Assembly: GCA_964016885.1 (NCBI GenBank)
Contig: OZ024740.1
Location: 254,200,001 to 254,264,000, forward strand
Source: Eledone cirrhosa
Taxonomy: Eukaryota
Direction of reading: 5' to 3'
DNA: 64,000 bases
Every line of letters starts with the position of its first letter. Position 1 is the stretch's first letter. This document shows, piece after piece, positions 1 through 12,774 of the stretch. The translations under genes and the position numbers were made by a program. The notes beneath the pieces are model-generated. The model was not told the DNA's origin. It saw only the letters and a list, made by a program, of their open reading frames with translations, and made no database searches.

Positions 1-59
1 CTTCTATTCCACTCTTTCTTTCTTTGTCATTCACCTAGACTGACAGATACTAAATAAAC

Positions 60-480
60 TTCAATTATCCTATATAGTGGCGCTCTTGTTGGTTAGTATT
101 AAACAAGGTATAAATAATGTAGTATGTAATACACAACTACATTAAACACAACCACAAGGATATGGTGAGAACGTGGAAGAGCCGAACTCCCACTGTCATC
201 ACCTCCATCTCTCTCACCCTCCCCATCTCTCTGTATGGTGAGCAAATGGGGTCCCATGTGCTGACCTTCCCACAGCCGCGGCGCACAGAATGGAGAATGC
301 GTTTCCCTGGAGGATAGTAAGGGAGATGCGCTGGAAGAGCCATTCCAACTCGCGAGGCTTACACCTGCGGCTGGCCAGCTCAACACCTATGGTGGTGAGT
401 AGGGATGTAGCCCTAGGGCCAAGGACACCAGAAGTCTCCACTGTCCACTATCCTATATTATCAGTGGGCGAGGGAGTTTA
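60..480 (-). mobile_element. 3' fragment of CRE-clade (restriction-like endonuclease) non-LTR retrotransposon
   Basis: ORF 214..441 ETSGVLGPRA...WLFQRISLTILQGNAFSIL matches the ET-G-G...QRIS-AIQRGNA C-terminus typical of CRE-like RLE LINEs; boundaries approximate. Confidence 0.7.
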
Positions 481-604
481 AGTCAAAGATGGCCAGAAAC
501 CAGAAATTATTTTGTATGCTGTATCAGCCGTACTCAGTGTAGCTGAGATCAAAGGCTTGCCTTTTCCGACAGCTATATAATGGTGAGCCCCATGGCTCAC
601 CATT

Positions 605-1294
605 ATATAGCGAATATATAGCGAATAGATGTATTCTTTGCAGGGTGAATCATAAAAGAATAAAGAATTGTGATGTTGACAACGTTTATTTTGTAATAAT
701 AAAATTCACTTGTTGGTACATCGAATATTGAGTAATAAAATCGTGACACAATTATAACTACATTAATTGTTTTACTAGCTACTTCGAGCTAGCGTAAATG
801 CATGTATCAAATAAAACGATACAGTAGAAGTTGTGTTGTATTTTACAGCAGTAGAGAAATGACAGGAAGTCGAAAGGATAGATAAAGTGTAGTAGGGAAC
901 AATATAAGGAAACCTACTCTGTGTGTGTGTTAATCCTTAGCCTACTTGTTTTCTGTAGTAGCGGTCAATCTGTCGAGCGAGTAACAGAATCTATAGCATT
1001 AATAGAACTGTTTTTTCTGTCGTCTGAAGTAATCACTATCTCTGGTTCGGTTCTCGAAGCGATTGTATTTATAAGAATACTATAGCTAGAAGGATGTGTA
1101 TATGGTTTTTGAAACAATAGTGGCCATGTGTCTATCATCTGTCAAGTGTCTGGGGTCACAGGTCAAGTGGTATATATGTTGTCTTTTGACGGGACAATGG
1201 TAAGAAAACCTAACAATAGGTGCTTTTAGAGGCGTGAAATTTTAGATTCGATTTCGAATCTCCGCCAGGTAAAACATAGAATAATTCTGTTACA
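605..1294 (-). mobile_element. Solo or orphan LTR (family A)
   Basis: Minus strand starts TGTAAC at 1294 and ends ...CGCTATA followed by TAA-TGGTGAGCC (PBS-like); homologous to 3460-4190, 4750-4940 and 10020-10730. Confidence 0.65.
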
Positions 1295-1854
1295 GTAGAA
1301 TCGTTTTTGATTCTGGTTCATTTCATACGATTATTTGGTACTGTAGATTATATACGGGACATTTGGTGACTTTAATGTCATATCAAAAATTCCTTTTTTT
1401 ACTGTTTTAAGACCCAGATTCAGTCATGTGACCACTACCCAGAATTTTTTCTTGACAGTTCACGCTTCAAGTGTAAAAGAGTAACCGTTGAAATTTTAGT
1501 GATTAAAAAGGTAAAGTTTTCATTCATTTATTCATTCCAATACTTTAAAATTCAATATTCAATATATCAAATTATTTTTTTTAAAGTTCCGTAAAAAAGT
1601 AAACTTGCACATTTTTTTTTCTTTCTTTTTTTATTAAAAAAACTATATCCCTTTAACATTTTTCACATTTTCATTCACCTACATGATGGCAAAAGAGTCA
1701 ATTAGCTCAGTTTCCTCTCTACTTTCCCGATCTTTTGCAATGAGAAGCTTCGAAGAGAAGAAGAATATTATCATTTTCAGAAGAGAGAAACCGAAGCTTG
1801 AACTGAAAACCAAAACCAAGGTGGGTAGCAAGGAATGTTATCATTATTTTGATT

Positions 1855-1966
1855 CCAGTATCGGTAGAGGGTTGGACGCTATGCTTTCTAGCATAGTTAC
1901 GGCCTGAGTTCAAATCCCGTCGAGGTTAACTTTGTCTTTCATCCTTACGGGGTCGATAAAACAGTA
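1855..1966 (+). mobile_element. tRNA-derived SINE, partial copy
   Basis: GAGTTCAAATCCC B-box plus ctttcatccttacggggtcgataaa core shared with copies at 7085, 25344, 25980 and 27290. Confidence 0.75.
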
Positions 1967-2139
1967 TGAGTGAATGATGGGTGTCCCGTTCTGAATAAAT
2001 TGTTCTGTTTTCCATGTCTGTTATTTTTTCAACTTAAGAACACATGGGCAACTAACGGCTATTGAGATTTGAACATTTTGATTACAGCTTTGACAGGACA
2101 AAATATCTCAGAACCATCTCATGTAATTGTTCTGAAAAC

Positions 2140-2790
2140 CTTTGGCCGTCAATGAATTGATACAGAGATCCATCACTGGAAAGCAGCTTCGATTCAGCTG
2201 CATAATAGATCTAAAATGTATTGTACAGAGTTGGCCGCAAAAACATTCACCAGCAATAGCCGGCTGTGGTTGGACTTCATGTACTTTTGCATGTCGTTTG
2301 AGCCCTCCTGCTGATCTACAGTATTTTCCACATGCTTGATAGGTATGGTGAGCAGCATCTCCGACAGCAGCCTGGTAGTCACACCACTGGTCTCACTTTA
2401 TGACTGCGAAGATGACTTTCAAGTCTAGCTTTGCTGAGGCAGAGTCTCGCACAGACGCTGCATGTCAGCACCATAGGAGGACCTTCGCTGTCTGGAAATG
2501 TAACAGCAATGCCTTTCCTGGCATCCCTTTTTACTTTCTCGTATGCGATTCGAGATGCTTCAAAAGCAACTTTCCCCTCATGTACAGTCTTTCACCATTT
2601 ATTACGATCAGCAGCTACACTTTCCCAGGTATCAGCAGAGATGTTAGCGTCTTTCAAGGAGGCTTTCAACGAATCCTTATATCTCTTTTTTGGTTTATGT
2701 GGAGGTCGTTTTCTTTTAACTAACTCTCCATAAAAGAGTTGTTTCGGTATTCTAGAATCCTTCATCCTGGCAAGGTGACCAAAATCCACC
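2140..2790 (-). mobile_element. RTE-clade LINE, 3' end fragment
   Basis: GHLARMKDSRIPKQLFYGEL...RPPHKPKKRYKDSLK...WESVAADRNKW is the RTE/BovB-type C-terminus. Confidence 0.8.
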
Positions 2791-2981
2791 AAATATAATA
2801 GTATCAGAAAGCCTGGGGTTCCACTGTACATATCATGTTAATTAATGTCTGCTCTTAGCCAAAGGCTCATCAGGCCACTGCTTATAATTTAATTTTTTTT
2901 TTCAATCATTGTATATATGTCGATCAATCACATTATGTTTTGTATTTTCATATATAACCGTGTCAGCATTTTAATATATTT

Positions 2982-4745
2982 TTGAGTACTAACATGACTG
3001 CCATTTCAAGTGAAAAACATGCAAATATCATCCTTCTTCATGAGGAAGGCTATTCCCAGCACCAAATATCTGTACAATTTGATGCATCTAAGACTGGTGT
3101 TCAAAAAACACTTGCTTGTAATGCAACAACATGCACTCTTAATCCAAATAAGCTGCCTGGAAAACCATGCAAGATAGTGTTCAAACAGTTCACATGATAT
3201 GCCGACTTGCAGTGTCAAATTCAACTGCTTCCAGCTCATATATCCAAGCCACCCTCACCCCACCCTAACTTCCTCGTGACACAAACATATCATTTACCAT
3301 CTGACGATGCTGTGTTGTTACGGACTTTAACCCTTGGGCTTTCAAGCCAGCTGCTAAGCTTCAACTTTCAAATAAAATCATCAAGGAACGTCTATTGTTC
3401 TACAACACTTATCATCACTAGACTGCTGCTCAATGGGGTCAGGTAATGTTTAGTGATGAACTATAACGGCGGTAAGATTCGAAACCGAATCTGAGCTTTC
3501 CCGCCTATGGGACAAGCCGTGGTAAGTTGTTTCGCTCGACAGACCAACCCCTTGGGAGATGCTAAACACAGGTCAGAGGTGTTTACGCCTGACAGAAAAT
3601 AGTTCAGAGGATATATCCATCTTTCTGAGTTGTTTACGCCTAGAAAACCAACCCCTTGGGAGATACTAACCAAAGGTCAGAGGATATATCTATCCTAACT
3701 TCAACCCTTATAAATACAAGTCTTGTATTTATAAGAAAAGAAGTGATATACAAACAAGACAAGTCGCATTTACAAGCTCTCGTCACGAAAAACCAGTCTG
3801 TCACTAATTTCTCACCGGCCTGGCTGATCGCTTACTACTACTGCTAAAACAAGAAAGTATACTGATACGCACACACGCATTCATAGTAAGTTCACACTGT
3901 TTGCATTTTTACACGCACCATTTCTGTTTATTCATATTGTATCTTTCGGATACAGTATAAATTATATTATAATCGTATTCTGTGATACTTGTAATTACGT
4001 GGCTCGAAAAGCCACCAAATTATTGTACGAATATTTCGTGTTATAGATTTTATCATTCAATATTCAAATTGAATATTGTTATAATAAAATAAACTTTGTA
4101 ACAACACAATCCTGGTATTACTTTTTACATTGAGACCATCTTACCAACAAAACCATCATACCAACAATTCCATCTATCCACTTATCTTTACAACCACAAA
4201 TATTTCGTTACAAAACATTAATTAGACAATTTGCCCCTTATAAGAAGATCACTTGGACAGCGTTATAATTCTCGTTATGTCAAACCAACAATTAAACATT
4301 CACAATCATTGATAGTCTTGGTATCAATAAGCATAAAAGGATGTGCTGCACTAACCCTAATCCCAGCTGTAAATGCAAACATGTATTTGGAAGTCATACA
4401 AGAAAAGGTCTCATTATGGATGGAGAAGTATGGTTGCAAGATATATCAATAAGACGGTGCTCCTTGCCATACGGCAAAAACCATTAACCAATTTTTTCGA
4501 GAATCTGGTTTTGAAGTGCCCTGCACTTTGGCCAGGTTCAAGTCCTGACTTAAACCCAATTGAAAACTGTTGAAAATTGATGAAAGACAAAGTTGCCAAG
4601 CTAAATCCCAGCTCAATTACTGATTTACAATAAAAATAATTCTAACTGTATGGACACAACACATTACTCCTGAATATTGTGCCTCCTTGGTAGAATCAAA
4701 GCCTCGCAGAATTGCTGCTAAAGCCCATCAAAGAAAGTACTGTAA
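2982..4745 (+). mobile_element. Tc1-like transposase pseudogene, interrupted by insertions (~3200-4200)
   Basis: N-terminal HTH (IILLHEEGYSQHQIS) at 2982-3197; catalytic remnants KPTIKH, Q*DGAPCH and WPGSSPDLNPIEN at 4230-4740. Confidence 0.85.
3460..4190 (+). mobile_element. Diverged LTR (family A-related) inside the Tc1 element
   Basis: Starts with the gattcgaaaccgaatct motif seen at 1245-1260 (rc) and 11500; later catagtaagttc and AATAAA motifs are shared with family A. Confidence 0.5.
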
Positions 4746-4749
4746 TAAT

Positions 4750-5007
4750 TGATACATGCATTTACGCTAGCTCGAAGTAGCTAGTAAAACAATTAATGTA
4801 GTGACAATTGTATCACGATTTTATTACTCAATATTCGATGTACCATCAAGTGAATTTTATTATTACAAAATAAACAGTCAACAACATCACAATTCTTCAT
4901 CATTCTTTTTATCATTTATCCTACAAAGAATACATCTTAACAGTTACATGGACGTGATCCTAGTCGCCACATAATGGTGATCCTAGTCGCCACATAATGA
5001 TGACCCC
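4750..5007 (+). mobile_element. 3' part of a family A LTR plus repeated PBS-like modules
   Basis: Reverse complement of 628-810; followed by 2x gtgatcctagtcgccacataatg. Confidence 0.65.
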
Positions 5008-5119
5008 TATCACTACAGTACTAATTCGGAATAGAGAATTGTAACATAATGCTTTGTGTTGTATGTTCGTAATAATATACTATTTTTATCTAATAATTGT
5101 ACCTTGTTCAAACCCATAG

Positions 5120-5360
5120 GATGTGATGTGCAGCCGATTGTCGCACTTGGTGGTGAATTGCACCCCCATTTTTTCTTCTTTTTTTTTGTTTTTTATCTCT
5201 CCTTTTGCGCTTATATTTGTATGTATTATGAGTTTGTGTTTTCGTTCTGTAAGTATTATATTATTATATCAATACATACATTATTTGTGTGTATATTTTC
5301 TTTCTTTAAAAATCATAAATACTTTGTAATGTTATTTATACAATTATGAATAAAGATTAA
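5120..5360 (+). mobile_element. 3' UTR of CRE-like LINE
   Basis: gatgtgcagccgattgtcgcacttggtggtg...cacccc-T-rich resembles 8955-9020, which follows a CRE-like ORF end. Confidence 0.5.
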
Positions 5361-5734
5361 TACTTGTATATTTAACCTAATCTAATAAAATTATAGGGGT
5401 GGTCTCTGAATTATGAACAACACTGTATATCTCTTTCTCACTTCCATTCTCTTACTCTCTGAAAGAAATCTGCATATTCAGACCTGGAGAGGAGATTGGC
5501 TTCGCCGGGTTTTAAATTGTCCTAGAAACGTTGTATATCAAGATGGCGTATTTATGACTCTATCAGGAGTTATGGGAAAAAAGAAGGAAATGTCATAAAC
5601 ATATTCCTCCATTTATCCTTGTTTGCTGTCATTACATTCAGTTCTGTTCGTGAAACCATTTTAGTATCAGGTATCTCCCTTTACTTTTGGTGTCTTCTTG
5701 GTTTAAATTTCCAAGTATCATACCTCCCCAGACC

Positions 5735-5805
5735 GGGATGGAGTTGTCTTCCCGCAGATGCGAACCCCTCGAGGTGGAGTGGCTGTTCCACCGCGTCACC
5801 CGACG
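5735..5805 (+). mobile_element. Small CRE-like RLE fragment
   Basis: GMELSSRRCEPLEVEWLFHRVT is similar to GVELASRRCKPRELEWLFQRIS at 214..441. Confidence 0.55.
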
Positions 5806-5949
5806 TTTGAAACTGTATAGGAAGATTATAGCCATAATATTTGTAAATAGCGATCAAAAAATAATTGTACCGTTGGGCATCCATAAATAATTTGTTCGAT
5901 TGTAGTAAGCTCGCTAAAATGACACGTTAAGAACCAGGATTGGTTAATA

Positions 5950-6500
5950 TGGAGCAAGAGAGAGTTAAAAGGAAGAATTCACAGAGATGGAGAGAGAGAA
6001 GGACAGAGAAAGAAAGAGGGGGAGACAGGTAGTCATGAGAGAGGGAGAGAGAGCAGCATGTAAATACGAAATTTGGGTGGAGAAGAGACAGATAGAAACG
6101 AAAGAGAGAGGCGGGCAGGTGAGCACGAGAAGGAGGGGAGCAGGTAGACAGGGAAGAAGGAGAAAGAGAGAAGCAGACGGAAGCGAGGGAAAGAAAAGAA
6201 TGAAAGAGAGGGGCAGGTAAAAACGAAAGGGAGAGAGGCGTGGACAAAAATTAAAACTGGAGGGAGGAGAGTAAAAGAGAAAAAGTAAAACAGAGAGAGA
6301 GGGGGCTAGAAAGGGAGAGTGTGACAGAAGGGAAATAGAGAAAAAGAGAGAGGCTAATACAAAGAGTGTCTGACAGATGAGAGATAGAGAAAGGGGAAGA
6401 AATAGATTAACAAACTGTAAGACAGAGAGAGATAAAGAAAGTGTAAACAGAAAGAGAGAGGGAAAGTGTAAGACAGAAAGAGAGAGAAATGATTTATGCC
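5950..6500. repeat. Degenerate GA-rich low-complexity tract
   Basis: Purine-rich decayed (GA)n. Confidence 0.85.
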
Positions 6501-7084
6501 TGTCTATAGAATTGTATCGAACACCGTAATGCAAAAAATATGCCCTCGTCCCTATATTGGCTAACGGGCTATATTTTATAACTTAACACCATTACAGAAG
6601 ACATCAACATCGGGAGAAGTTTATCTCTTTATATTTAAAACCATGCTCCTATAAAACCGGTTGTATTGGTCGAACATGCATTTTTTTCTTCTTTCAGATT
6701 TAATCACTGTGATTATTATCTTATAAACAAATATACGATATTCTTTTACTGGTTTCTGTCAATGGGTTTTAGTTGATCATATTGACCCCCAATACGTATT
6801 TTTTCAAAGCCTGCAAATTAGTTCATCACTGGCGGCTTATAGCGAGAATTTGATGGTCATGTTGGTAGTTGATTGTGTTGTGGTGTTGATTCGTTTGTTG
6901 CGTGTGTGCTCACTTGTAGCTTGCCGTTAGGTGTGGTCACTGTTGTGTGATACAGTGTGACCAGAGGTTGCATGTGTGCAAGTAAGTAAGTAAGTGTTCA
7001 ATAAGATGATGATGGTATGATAGTTCCTTGATCACGCAGAAAATGAATATATATAAATGAACCACGATGACACCAAACCGTTAT

Positions 7085-7190
7085 CCCGCCGAGGTTGACT
7101 TTGCCTTTCATCCTTACGGGGTCGATAAAATAAAGTACCAGTAATGCACTGGGTAATTGCTGACCTTGTGCCTAAAGTAGAAACAATTAT
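7085..7190 (+). mobile_element. SINE, 5'-truncated copy
   Basis: gcctttcatccttacggggtcgataaaataaagtaccag...gtagaaacaattatta. Confidence 0.8.
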
Positions 7191-7204
7191 TAATTTATTG
7201 AAAA

Positions 7205-8432
<1,228 letters not shown>

Positions 8433-8799
8433 TAGCTCACGCCGAAGCTTTATAAAAAATACACAAGAATTATGGACGTTATGTCTTTGTTTGTAAAAGT
8501 AGAATTAAATTGTTTTTACCAAGAAAACTTCATGAACTTCACTGGCTTGGTTGAGAGAGACCAAGAGACAGAGATTGAGTGAAAGAGAGAGATTAAGAGA
8601 AGGTTAGAGAAGGTAAGAGTCTGGAAGACCCCATGGCGTCTGTAAAAAGCAAATGTTTACATGTTTACTCTATCAAGAATCGCTCCGAATTGCCTGGCTT
8701 GATCTAAGGCAGGCTATTTATCTATGTCGCTCATGTCGCCAAGACTTGAGAATAAAGGGCTGACCTTTCGAGGTTGTCCAATCTCAGACCTGTTGACGC

Positions 8800-9210
8800 C
8801 TGAAAGGAGATAACCCAGAAAATGACCCTTACTGAGGTGTTAGGTAATGCCCATGAGGGTGCTTGGTTATTTCAGCGCCTTAGCCTCGCCATCATCTATG
8901 GTAATGCTGCGAGCGTGTTGGCTTGCCTCAAGTGTGTAATTAACTCCTAATGTGAGATGCAGTCGATAATTATCGCACTTGGTGGTGGGTCCCCACCCCT
9001 TTTCTTCTTTTTTCTTTCCTTTATCCTTTTTGTTCAATGAAATTATATTATTATATTTGTATACACCGTTTAGACATTATATTTGTAATGTCCTTGTGAA
9101 CGAATTGCAAGCAATTTATGATGTTTTTTACGCATTTGTAATGTTTTTTAAAACGTATTTGCAATGTTATTCTACTTTAAATTTATACAATTGTAATAAA
9201 GGTTTATCAA
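8800..9210 (+). mobile_element. CRE-like LINE 3' end with UTR
   Basis: Translates EGAWLFQRLSLAIIYGNAASVLACL*; UTR homologous to 5120-5360. Confidence 0.7.
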
Positions 9211-9294
9211 TCTCTTTTTGTCAAACCGCTATGTTGATGGACATAAACACAGACACATACATACAGCATACAGCTATATACATACATGCATATA

Positions 9295-9625
9295 TACAGG
9301 TTGCGTAAGGTATTTGAGGAGGTACCTTTTTTTTTGGGGGGGGGGGGGGGTTATTGCCGAATTTTACTAAACTTTAAGTCATCTTTTTTCAGAAAACAAT
9401 AATGGCAGACACTCAGCTTACTCCAGAAATGAAAAGGTATGCTATAATTATGGCTTTAAAGGCTGGGTATAGCGATTTAGAGATATCTCAAATTTTAAAA
9501 GTCGCCATGATCACAAAACTCCTAACATTTGGCCTCCTAACTCCCCAGATCTCAATCCATCAGACTATTTCATGTAAAGCGTTGTTGAGCGAGAGGTCAA
9601 TGAACACCCCCAAAACACCAAAGAT
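9295..9625 (+). mobile_element. Internally deleted mariner/maT-like element
   Basis: TA-CAGG start, N-terminal ORF MADTQLTPEMKRYAII and a WPPNSPDLNPSDY remnant. Confidence 0.65.
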
Positions 9626-9627
9626 GC

Positions 9628-9757
9628 TACATATATATATATACACACATATATATGGCGTGGTTATTTGACGTTGTTGGAAAGAGGAGTGGCCTTTGAG
9701 GAGTGGCAATAAAAACTGGAGACAAAATTCATTATTATGAACCAAAAACAAGGCGTG

Positions 9758-9836
<79 letters not shown>

Positions 9837-9837
9837 C

Positions 9838-9893
<56 letters not shown>

Positions 9894-10018
9894 CTTGTTT
9901 TTGGTACAGAATGAATTTTGTCTCCAGTTTTTATTGCCACTCCTCAAAGGCCACTCCCCTTTCCAACAACGTCAAATAACAACGCCATATATATATGTGT
10001 GTGTATATATATATGTAT
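9628..10018. repeat. Fold-back inverted repeat with (CA)n/(TG)n core
   Basis: 9628-9834 is the near-perfect reverse complement of 9838-10018. Confidence 0.9.
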
Positions 10019-10019
10019 A

Positions 10020-10730
10020 TATAAGTTGTGATTCTTTTGATGGGTGTTTGATGAAAAGAATAATGCCATGATTGAGTTGTTAACAATGTTTATTTTATAA
10101 CAACAGTATTCACTTTGAACATCGAGTAATAATATTTATCACATGAATTATCACTACATGGATTAGCTGACTAGCTTCTACGAGCTAGCGTAAATGTATG
10201 TATTAATACAACGTTACAATATCACAGTGAGACGGAAGAATAGAATGAGCGTAGAATGTAAACAATATGAACTTACTATGTGTGTGTGTGTATGTGTCTA
10301 TTCTTAGTATACATATTTCGTCTCAAGGACTGCTGCTTCATGTCTGGCTGTCTGGCTGTCCTCTATGGCCGAGAAGGTGGGAGCCAGTAAGGGCCAGGAG
10401 AAAGAAAGAGTAAAAGGTCTGCTGATGCCTACATCGTTATCACTTGCTGACTGTTGCTTCGGATCTCTCTTGCCGTTAGATTCCTTAATTCCTTGTATTT
10501 ATAATAATGTTATAGTTAGCAGGGTGTGTATATGAGGTTGATTTATGATCAGCCATGTGGATATCGTCTCCCAGGAAGCTGGGATCACAGGTCAAGTGGT
10601 ATGTACGTCTGTCGTCGTTGTCTTGACAGGACAATGGTGGGAACCTTCCAATAATGGGTGGTCCCAGCGACGAGAAACCTCAGATTCGGTTTCGAATCTT
10701 CGCCGGTAAAATATAGGAGTATTCCGTTGA
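10020..10730 (-). mobile_element. LTR (family A), diverged copy
   Basis: Homologous to 660-1290 (gagctagcgtaaatg, ggtcaagtggtat, agattcg.tttcgaatct). Confidence 0.7.
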
Positions 10731-11929
10731 ATATATATATATATATATATATATATCGTTTCTAAATTTGTTTAGCAAGATTCTTTATCTGAAATCGTGT
10801 GTTGAAACCGATATTGTTATACTTTGGGAGGGTCATGTTGCCAATAAGAAACACACGCACCAGTTGCTTTCACTCCAATTTATTATAAATTTTAAAAAAC
10901 ATTTTTTTTATTTTTTCAAATTTTTTTTATAAATTTCCGGTTGGTTGGTTCCACAACCGGACGGTTGTTCATATATTGTCAAAGTTCTTTCGTCACACAT
11001 TCTGTGACCTCTTCAGTGACTGGGGATTCTTTTCTTTGTTTTGTGCCTCTCCTTTGTTCTGTCCTACGCCATCTTGTTTTTGTGTGTGTTGTGTGCTTAG
11101 TTTGCGCATGTGTTACATCCGGGTGTCTGTGTGTGTTTATATTCATTTATTTATTTGTTTATTTAAATGTTACTGGTTGGTTGTTTGTTCCATGTGTGTG
11201 TGTGTTTTCATTTTGTCCTTAATTGTAAGTTGTGATGTTGCTATTCAATTCATGTTTTCCAACCAGAAATTTATTAAAAAAATTTGAAAAAATAAATAAA
11301 AGTTTTTTAAAATTTATAATAAATTGGAGTGAAAGCAACTGGTGCGTGTGTTTCTTATTGGCAACATGACCCTCCCAAAGTATAACAATATCGGTTTCAA
11401 CACACGTTTTCAGATAAAGAATCTTGCTAAACAAATTTAGAAACGATATATATATATATATATATATTCAACGGAATACTCCTATATTTTACCGGCGAAG
11501 ATTCGAAACCGAATCTGAGGTTTCTCGTCGCTGGGACCACCCATTATTGGAAGGTTCCCACCATTGTCCTGTCAAGACAACGACGACAGACGTACATACC
11601 ACTTGACCTGTGACCCCAGCTTCCTGGGAGACGATATCCACATGGCTGATCATAAATCAACCTCATATGCACATCCTTCTAACTATAACATTATTATAAA
11701 TACAAGGAATTAAGGAATCTAACGGCAAGAGAGACCCGAAGCAACAGTCAGCAAGTGATAACGATGTAGGCATCAGCAGACCTTTTACTCTTTCTTTCTC
11801 CTGGCCCTTACTGGCTCCCACCTTCTCGGCCATAGAGGACAGCCAGACTGCCAGACATGAAGCAGCAGTCCTTGAGACGAAATATGTATACTAAGAATAG
11901 ACACACACGCACACACACATAGTAAGTTC
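10269..11929. repeat. Large inverted duplication (~675-bp arms, ~315-bp spacer)
   Basis: 10269-10944 is the reverse complement of 11259-11929 with few mismatches. Confidence 0.92.
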
Positions 11930-12747
11930 TCTGATGATCTTTGTTTTTCCATTAATATCCATGTGATATCTAATGTTTTGCAAAGTGAAACTGTGCAGTA
12001 AGGGCCACTTGAATAGGTAAATATTTATATTATATTTTTTAATTTTGATTAATTTTAATTGTAAATTAATTTTGATTTACTTTGAAAAATTGGTTGAATT
12101 TTACTTGTTCTGCTTATCTTGATATTAAGTTCTGGTATATAAAATTATTACCATAGAACCACCTTGAATCATCGACAACCTATGTATTTCTAGGGGTACA
12201 TTGTACCCTCAGATATATTAACTTTATTCATTATTCTCCGTTATGTAGAGAAAAAATCTGTCGTTCTATCTAGCTGCTAATTTTTTTTTTTTTGGTGGCG
12301 AATATAGACAACAAGTCTACGATTTCTCGCCTTCACTTTACACCAGCGTATTTATGGGTCCCTTTCAGACCTGTATTAGTAGGAGTGAGGTCATATATTT
12401 TATCGTTCCTGAGGTTTTTAACCCTAGGAAAGGAAAATGCTTCTCTGATGATCTTTGTTTTTCCATTAATATCCATGTGATATCTAATGTTTTGCAAAGT
12501 GAAACTGTACAGTAAGGGCCACTTGAATAGGTAAATATTTATATTATATTTTTTAATTTTGATTAATTTTAATTGTAAATTAATTTTGATTTATTTTGAA
12601 AAATTGGTTGAATTTTACTTGTTCTGCTTATCTTGATATTAAGTTCTGGTATATAAAATTATTACCATAGAACCACCTTGAATCATAGACAACCTATGTA
12701 TTTCTAGGGGTACATTGTACCCTCAGATATATTAACTTTATTCATTT
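11927..12747. repeat. Partial tandem duplication (514-bp period) ending in (TA)n; PLE pseudo-LTR-like layout
   Basis: 11927-12232 is repeated at 12441-12747. Confidence 0.85.
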
Positions 12748-12774
12748 ATATATATATATATATATATATATAGT

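Noticed and set aside
3300-3340. CTGACGA as a hammerhead core
   Set aside because: No stem II, GAAA or closing stem I nearby
628-4937. Inverted repeat (628-810 / 4750-4937) as TIRs of a 4.3-kb DNA transposon around the Tc1 ORF
   Set aside because: Both are pieces of a dispersed LTR family (also at 10020-10730), and no TSD or Tc1-type termini were seen
11931-12180. CTGATGA and a hairpin in the 514-bp repeat as a hammerhead
   Set aside because: Could not assemble GAAA, stem III and stem I in register
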